A stretch of 64,000 nt of DNA from a virus. The DNA lies in IMG/VR virus record IMGVR_UViG_3300013126_000021, positions 9,404-73,403 of that record. One strand, given 5' to 3'. Numbering within the stretch: the first letter of the stretch is position 1; every line of letters starts with the position of its first letter. This document shows positions 58,736 to 64,000 of the stretch, piece by piece. The translations under genes and the position numbers were made by a program. Under the pieces are notes generated by a model. The model worked only from the letters and a program-made list of their open reading frames with translations. It searched no databases and had not been told where the DNA came from.

Positions 58736-59302
58736 TTAATCCTCTGTGTTAAAAAAGAAAGTTTGAAAAAGTCTTCCATCATATTGTGTTTTACCAAAAC
58801 CTGGGCGAACACTCCTATGATAATATTCACCACGATACATGATAAGCCGGTTAAATATATTTGCAACTTGAAAAATAGGTGTCCATTTTGTTACATCATT
58901 TACGTCTTGATTACCGTTTAAATCTGTTGCTGGATTTTTCCTATCTAACATGTAAATTTTAGTTTCATTATGCATGTATATGGCTGTACCTGAATCTAAA
59001 GGAGCATTTGGTGTAAGATACAGTACTGCCGCCCAATTGGTTGGATCATAGTGAATCCAAGTTTGACTATCTTCTGTTGTATACTGAAATGATGTATTAT
59101 ATTCTTCAGGCCACCAGATTATTTTTTTATTTAATAATTGTTCAAATAATGCTTTGGCATTTGAAAAATTTGTGCCACTCAAAGGTTTAGTTCTTGCGCC
59201 CGGAAAGTTTCCAGTAATTTCAAATGGTAAACTTAAAGCATATTGTCTTACATCCAATGCATTTGAATAAAAATTATCAAAAGCCATTATCGTTGGTGTC
59301 AT
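58736..59302 (-). CDS. 2OG-Fe(II) oxygenase-like protein
   Basis: DNFY, IHYD, VLYL, NRL, H...R. Confidence 0.75.
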   Translation of the reverse strand: MTPTIMAFDNFYSNALDVRQYALSLPFEITGNFPGARTKPLSGTNFSNAKALFEQLLNKKIIWWPEEYNTSFQYTTEDSQTWIHYDPTNWAAVLYLTPNAPLDSGTAIYMHNETKIYMLDRKNPATDLNGNQDVNDVTKWTPIFQVANIFNRLIMYRGEYYHRSVRPGFGKTQYDGRLFQTFFFNTED

Positions 59303-59388
59303 AATAATCCTGTTGTTTTATTTTATATAGTCATGAAAACCTAAATAAGGATACATTAAACAGCAAAAAAAGTCAAGAAAGGAAAAAT

Positions 59389-59934
59389 ATGTACAAAAAG
59401 ATACCATTTCTGGTTCTTTTTGTTATGTCATCGCTAGTATTTGCACAATCTGATGTGATAGTAACAGATTCCACTTCAAAAAGTTCTGTAGAAACAAAAA
59501 GCACCAGTATTAACGAAACAACAGTTAAATCTCCTCCTGCATCCGCTATTTCACCAAGTATGAACATTCTTAATAATGATGTATGTACTACGGGTGTTAG
59601 TGGCGCTGTTCAAACACAAATTCTAGGTATTTCTGCTGGAAGCACTGTCAGAGATATGAATTGTGAACGATTGAAATTATCTAAGACGCTATTTGACATG
59701 GGTATGAAAGTGGCTGCTGTTGCTACATTATGTCAAGATGATCGTGTGTTTACTGCTATGATGAATGCAGGAACACCTTGCCCCGTTGATGGTAAGATTG
59801 GTGAAGATGCAAAGAAAGTTTGGGATGCGAATCCGGATCGTAAACCTGTACCAATGAAAGAGAGTTCAAATGACACACTTTGGAAAACAATATCTGGTTT
59901 CCTTGGCGTTGCTCTTCTTTTCATCCTTCTCTAA
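59389..59934 (+). CDS. Exported Cys-rich protein with C-terminal TM anchor
   Basis: Signal peptide, four Cys, C-terminal hydrophobic helix; CTAAATA late-type motif at 59341. Confidence 0.8.
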   Translation: MYKKIPFLVLFVMSSLVFAQSDVIVTDSTSKSSVETKSTSINETTVKSPPASAISPSMNILNNDVCTTGVSGAVQTQILGISAGSTVRDMNCERLKLSKTLFDMGMKVAAVATLCQDDRVFTAMMNAGTPCPVDGKIGEDAKKVWDANPDRKPVPMKESSNDTLWKTISGFLGVALLFILL

Positions 59935-61117
59935 TAGCCAACAACAGTCACTACCACTAACTGCAACACCTTTAGGGCAAGCAGTCATAGCACCTAGTTC
60001 TGGGTATACTTTTGGGTCGAAGGGTGGTGAGTGGATATTTGATGCAGCAGTATCTAAAGCATTAGAGAATGCAGGATTTCCAGTTTTAGCATATGGTATG
60101 AACTATGGTTGGCAATATTACCATTTTGGATCAGGGGGTGGTAGAACAACTGCAACCGCAGAGGTATCTTTGACTAATAAATCAGGAGAAGATATTTTTC
60201 GAAATAATTACACCTATAATATTTACAATAACAACACTAGGGAAAATGTAAGTGTAATATTTAGAGATACTCCGGGTAATGATCTGGGAACATTTAGAAT
60301 AAACTTTCGGTATCTAGAAGGCGATGTTTGGCCCGGAGCATATGGAAATTATGGACCGAGGATTCGAGATGTGTACGCAAACATTCTGTATAAACCAAAT
60401 GAATGTTTGATTAATCCTTTGAGTAATACTTCTTGTGAAGGCTATCAAAAGGCGTATTTAAATCAGCAATGCTCTTTAAATACACTGTACGATCCACGAT
60501 GTTCTGGCTATGAACAAGCATTTCTCAATCAACAATGTTCAGCAAATCCATTATATAGTTCTCAGTGTGTAGGATATCAACAAGCATTTCTCAATCAACA
60601 ATGTTCAGCAAATCCTATGTTCAATCCACAATGTGCCGGGTATGTTGTGAAAGTTGAATTACCTGATGCATTACCTTCGGATCCTATTAAAGATTCAATG
60701 CCTAAAGTAATTGCTGATCCGGTTATTGAAAATGTATTAACAGCAAAACCAGAAACAACTCAGACTGTAGAGATACCAACTCCACCAAAATCAAGAGAGG
60801 AAGCTAAGAAACAAGCACGAGATACCAAAAAAGTAGAAGAAACAGCTAAAAAGACGACACCACAAGTGTCTGTTGCAAGACGACAGGAGACAAGTGTCCC
60901 AAAAGGACCACAAGAACAAACCGTCCAATCTATACAAGATGCTGGGCCTGATATTACATCATACACTATAGTAAAACTTCCTGACATTCCATTTTATCCA
61001 ACAACTGAAATTTATACCAGTACCAGAATCCGTGATAACGACAGAGCTTTGAGAATGATGAATCAAAGATCGGACAGAATTCACGGGAGAATGGTAGATG
61101 AACAATACCAAAGATAA
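59870..61117 (+). CDS. Exported protein with 22-aa Cys repeats
   Basis: Four C-x2-N-(P/T)-x5-C-x-GY repeats; 66-nt DNA period at 60513/60579. Confidence 0.8.
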   Translation: MTHFGKQYLVSLALLFFSSFSNSQQQSLPLTATPLGQAVIAPSSGYTFGSKGGEWIFDAAVSKALENAGFPVLAYGMNYGWQYYHFGSGGGRTTATAEVSLTNKSGEDIFRNNYTYNIYNNNTRENVSVIFRDTPGNDLGTFRINFRYLEGDVWPGAYGNYGPRIRDVYANILYKPNECLINPLSNTSCEGYQKAYLNQQCSLNTLYDPRCSGYEQAFLNQQCSANPLYSSQCVGYQQAFLNQQCSANPMFNPQCAGYVVKVELPDALPSDPIKDSMPKVIADPVIENVLTAKPETTQTVEIPTPPKSREEAKKQARDTKKVEETAKKTTPQVSVARRQETSVPKGPQEQTVQSIQDAGPDITSYTIVKLPDIPFYPTTEIYTSTRIRDNDRALRMMNQRSDRIHGRMVDEQYQR

Positions 61118-61721
61118 AAATTTAGATGAGAAGGTGGAAAAGTTAGAAGCAGCAGTAGACCCAAACACAGTGATAAGTGTTGGTGGTTTTTCTTTCACCC
61201 CAGCAAAACTTATGATTGCAGGTACCATAATTTCTGGCGCACTTGGTGGATTATACGCAACCTTTGAAGTATACAAAGATTATATGGACATGAAAGAAGC
61301 AATAAAAAATTATACAGCACCTGATTTTAGCGAGTATGAAAAACGCATAATTGTCCTAGAGCAAAACAGCGAGAAGGGGCTTGAATATACTAGAGAGATC
61401 AACACCAATTTAAAAGGCGATATTCGCCGTATAGAACAAGTTGTTGATGGTGTAGAAAGAGGTAGCAAAAAAGCGCAGCGTGAGGTAGAAAAGGATATTA
61501 ATGAAATTCGACGACAAGTTGACGGCGAAATAAAAGAAGTTCGTAAAGGAGTTGATTCTTCTGTCCGTGAAATGCAAAAACAAGTTGACTCAACTGTTCA
61601 AAATGTAAATGAAAGAGTGAATAGAATTGAAAGAGAAACATCAACTGAACTGAGAGCTATACGTCGTGAGGTCGATGATAAGATCAAGAAGGCTATGGAT
61701 AACCCACTAGCCGATAAATAA
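61098..61721 (+). CDS. Single-TM long coiled-coil protein
   Basis: TM near residues 37-55, then 11-residue amphipathic repeats; ends DNPLA. Confidence 0.8.
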   Translation: MNNTKDKNLDEKVEKLEAAVDPNTVISVGGFSFTPAKLMIAGTIISGALGGLYATFEVYKDYMDMKEAIKNYTAPDFSEYEKRIIVLEQNSEKGLEYTREINTNLKGDIRRIEQVVDGVERGSKKAQREVEKDINEIRRQVDGEIKEVRKGVDSSVREMQKQVDSTVQNVNERVNRIERETSTELRAIRREVDDKIKKAMDNPLADK

Positions 61722-61723
61722 TT

Positions 61724-62101
61724 TGGTGGGCCCCCTGGGAGTCGAACCCAGCACCAATGGATTATGCGTACCACTACAACTTTCGTTGCCCGTTTCCAGT
61801 TTGTGGTCTGGACTATACCTTGCCTTTACGGCTGTACCGTCTAGTCTCTACACCTTCCTATTTCTAGGCTTGGCTCGGTATTGGCATCAGCATAACCTGT
61901 TAAGCTTTCACCGAATTTGATACATTCTATTTTTGATCCTTAGGTTTAATTATGAAAATGTTCATAATCATAAATAAAAATGTGAATCAAAAACAACCCT
62001 ATAGGAGAAATCATATGTTAAAGTGTCACACTCCGGAACACACTAACACTTAGATTTCTCCTTTTAAGTCCACTGCTCTAACCAACATGAGCTAGAGGCC
62101 C
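61724..62101 (-). tRNA. tRNA-Ile2 (CAU) interrupted by a group I intron; exons 62101-62067 and 61766-61724
   Basis: Joined exons give a full cloverleaf GGGCCTC...GGACT/CATAATCC...GGGGCCCACCA; C4-G69 and C5-G68 favour Ile2 over Met. Confidence 0.85.
61767..62066 (-). ncRNA. Group I self-splicing intron (300 nt) after U33
   Basis: P AAATTCGGTGAA, Q AATACCGAG, R AGAGACTA, S AAGGTATAGTCC, terminal G, U33-G wobble in P1. Confidence 0.9.
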
Positions 62102-62107
62102 TTTAAA

Positions 62108-62190
62108 TGGTGCGACTGGCCGGACTCGAACCGGCACGCCGAAGCGAGGGATTTTAAGTCCCTTGCGGCTACCTATTACGCCACAGTCGC
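62108..62190 (-). tRNA. tRNA-Leu (UAA)
   Basis: Cloverleaf, long variable arm, encoded CCA. Confidence 0.95.
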
Positions 62191-62196
62191 AGTGCT

Positions 62197-62271
62197 TGGT
62201 GCCTCCTGACAGGATCGAACTGCCGCTATTCGCCGTGTAAAGGCGACGTTTTACCATTAAACTAAGGAGGC
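62197..62271 (-). tRNA. tRNA-Val (UAC)
   Basis: TCGCC-TTTACAC-GGCGA arm, CCA. Confidence 0.95.
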
Positions 62272-62274
62272 TTT

Positions 62275-62348
62275 TGGAGCAGGATGTCAGAATCGAACTG
62301 ACAACATCAGCTTGGAAGGCTGTAGTTTTACCATTAAACTAATCCTGC
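62275..62348 (-). tRNA. tRNA-Gly (UCC)
   Basis: CAGC-CTTCCAA-GCTG, U73, CCA. Confidence 0.95.
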
Positions 62349-62827
62349 TATGCTACTAGACTTTTTAGACGATCTGCTGCGCCTGATGCAGCAAATGCAT
62401 TTGGTTTGACCAAAGGAACAACATTACACATTCCTTTTATATATCCAATTGCTTCATTCATTACGATATTAGAATTATACTCTTCACTTGGATTAATGTC
62501 AAGATGTACTTCAATATCATTGTCAATGATTGCTGCGAGTTGTAAATACATTTCTGCAACTTTATAAACTTCTGTCATAAGCCTCATTCTTGGTTTGTTT
62601 TGAGCCTTATCAAAATCTCTTTCACGAATTACTTCACCGAAGATTTTGCAACCATTATTACCATTGATATGTACAACAATTGCAATTGTGTAATCTGCAT
62701 AATTTACTCCATTGACTTTAAGTGTTTCTGAATCGCAACCAAGATAAACTTTGGTATTAGGTCCACAGTTATCAATGAATTCTTTTACTTTGTTCAGATC
62801 AATTTTTTTGTTATACACAATAATCAC
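62348..62827 (-). CDS. RNase H-like YkuK/DUF458 family protein
   Basis: YLGCDS, RLMTEV, EVHLDIN, KPNAFAASGAAD. Confidence 0.8.
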   Translation of the reverse strand: MIIVYNKKIDLNKVKEFIDNCGPNTKVYLGCDSETLKVNGVNYADYTIAIVVHINGNNGCKIFGEVIRERDFDKAQNKPRMRLMTEVYKVAEMYLQLAAIIDNDIEVHLDINPSEEYNSNIVMNEAIGYIKGMCNVVPLVKPNAFAASGAADRLKSLVA

Positions 62828-62837
62828 CTTTTAATAA

Positions 62838-62911
62838 TGGCCTCCCAGCACGGATTCGAACCGCAATCGAAAGTTTTGGAGACTTCTATGTTGCCTTTAC
62901 ACCACTGGGAG
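62838..62911 (-). tRNA. tRNA-Trp (CCA)
   Basis: Loop CTCCAAA, G73, CCA. Confidence 0.92.
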
Positions 62912-63155
62912 TTTCTATAGTTAGACTTTCTTCTGTCGTAAGAAGATCATAATATTCATTTTTATATATAGCAAGCTCAAATTCGGCTAGTTGATTTATT
63001 TTTCTCTGATCAAGTAAACGATTATTTTCGCACCAAGGGCAACCACCATGATGTTCACAAGAAACAGAAACATATTGTCTTGTACCATCACGAACAATTT
63101 TTTTTGTCTTTCTTTCTTTTCGATAAGTACTAGACATTTTACAACCTCTAAAAAG

Positions 63156-63230
63156 TGGCTCCGGATCCTGGGCTCGAACCAGGGACCAAATGATTAACAG
63201 TCATCTACTCTACCACTGAGCTAATCCGGA
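63156..63230 (-). tRNA. tRNA-Asn (GUU)
   Basis: Loop CTGTTAA, G73, CCA. Confidence 0.95.
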
Positions 63231-63241
63231 ATAAATCTAAT

Positions 63242-63319
63242 TGGTCCGAGTGGTGTGATTCGAACACACGATTTCCTGCTCCCAAAGCAGGCGGAATGAC
63301 CGGGCTATCCTACACTCGG
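63242..63319 (-). tRNA. tRNA-Pro (UGG)
   Basis: CCTGC-TTTGGGA-GCAGG, CCA. Confidence 0.95.
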
Positions 63320-63326
63320 AAAAACT

Positions 63327-63400
63327 TGGTGCCTCCACCTGGAATCGAACTAGGAATAGCGGGTTACAAAGCCGCTGTTATACCATTTAACTATAGAGGC
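63327..63400 (-). tRNA. tRNA-Thr (UGU)
   Basis: Loop TTTGTAA; C31-C39 mismatch and one T-stem mismatch. Confidence 0.85.
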
Positions 63401-63407
63401 AAAAACT

Positions 63408-63482
63408 TGGTGGACCGCTGGAGGATCGAACTCCAACCTCCGCCGTGCAAAGGCGGCGTGCTCCCATTATCACTAGCAGCCC
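63408..63482 (-). tRNA. tRNA-Ala (UGC)
   Basis: G3-U70, loop TTTGCAC, CCA. Confidence 0.95.
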
Positions 63483-63484
63483 AA

Positions 63485-63681
63485 ATTTTTAAAGTTGTTA
63501 TCTTGTTATAGATGCCTTCACCGTACATCGTTTGGTTTTAACGTTCAGGCTTATTCTTCAAGCGTCCAAGAAGTCTTCACCTTTCAACCAACTCCTGATT
63601 GCAAGTATCCGGTCATGCAACCATTCAGAGATCCACTAACCTGCGAACACAGGTATATTCCAAAATAACAACTTTAAAAAT
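63485..63681 (-). ncRNA. Candidate structured ncRNA closed by a 17-bp terminal stem
   Basis: Perfect inverted repeat 63485-63501 / 63665-63681; no credible ORF. Confidence 0.55.
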
Positions 63682-63753
63682 CCTGCTTACCGTATACAGG
63701 ATTACCCAAGGGTAACGGCTTAACTACATAAAGTCTCCCGACTTGATATATAC

Positions 63754-63806
63754 ATTGTATCAGTAAATAATTTATATGTCAATATTAGTGTTGTATATAT
63801 GCAACC
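63754..63806 (-). promoter_or_regulatory. Sigma70 promoter TTGACA-17-TACAAT with TGTTG-N8-CAAC box, driving the tRNA operon
   Basis: -10 at 63754-63759, -35 at 63777-63782. Confidence 0.8.
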
Positions 63807-63954
63807 ATATTGAAGCACACTCTCTCACGGCTTTCACGTGCGAATACCCTATCCTTACGGACCTTACTTACCCTATTTACTAGGTTGCTTCTGTGTTTCA
63901 TCCGGATTTTACTAGACAGAAGTTAGGGGGTTTTAGAATGTGCTTCAATATGGT
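63804..63954 (-). ncRNA. Candidate structured ncRNA closed by a 16-bp terminal stem, abutting the tRNA-Leu 3' end
   Basis: Perfect inverted repeat 63804-63819 / 63939-63954. Confidence 0.55.
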
Positions 63955-64000
63955 GCCCCAGGCGAGACTCGAACTCGCAAAATTTGGCTTCTAAGACCAA
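63951..64000 (-). tRNA. tRNA-Leu (UAG), 3' part (truncated by the window)
   Basis: TTGGT-CTTAGAA-GCCAA, T arm, ACCA. Confidence 0.85.

Noticed and set aside
1424-58921. Numerous plus-strand ORFs in the ORF track
   Set aside because: They are antisense shadows of well-supported minus-strand genes and lack RBS or motifs
63327-63400. tRNA-Thr as a pseudogene
   Set aside because: Only two stem mismatches; D arm, T loop, acceptor stem and CCA are intact
61723-63511. ORFs 61723..61920 (+) and 63296..63511 (+)
   Set aside because: Antisense to tRNA genes and the intron
63804-63950. Theta/HDV-like ribozyme in the tRNA 3' trailer
   Set aside because: The trailer starts with U and forms a long terminal stem; I could not build the nested double pseudoknot
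1-64000. Alternative genetic code or suppressor tRNA
   Set aside because: Core genes are full length in the standard code, all three stops are used, and no CUA/UCA/UUA anticodon is present

Overview
A 64-kb internal segment of a large T4-like (gp43/gp41/gp61/UvsX-type) myovirus genome. The GH19 endolysin plus two-component spanins indicate a Gram-negative host; a betaproteobacterium is plausible but is inference. Almost everything is on the minus strand. 1-13.6 kb is a hypervariable array of small ORFs with an AAA ATPase, a DexA-like exonuclease, CobS and a repeated MNERI mini-gene family. 13.6-20.3 kb is a sharply bounded GC-rich island where nine near-identical sigma70 promoters, each with an upstream TGTTG-N8-CAACA box, drive small early genes (ArdA-like, Gp88-like, ATPase). 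21-34 kb holds the CobT-like VWA protein, RNase H, nrdAB, thioredoxin, aldolase, thyX and primase. 34-37 kb is the lysis cassette. 37-46 kb is a late block of proteins with T4-type capsid-targeting N-termini and repeated (I/V)-x-E linkers, one carrying an intein, next to an RNA-ligase-like plus nucleotidyltransferase/kinase pair. 46-52 kb is a glycosylation cluster and 53-59 kb holds helicase, UvsX and DNA polymerase. 59-62 kb is a plus-strand three-gene envelope module. 61.7-64 kb is a tRNA array with a group I intron-split tRNA-Ile2(CAU) and two unannotated stem-closed candidate ncRNAs. All calls come from reading motifs by eye; no database searches or computations were run.
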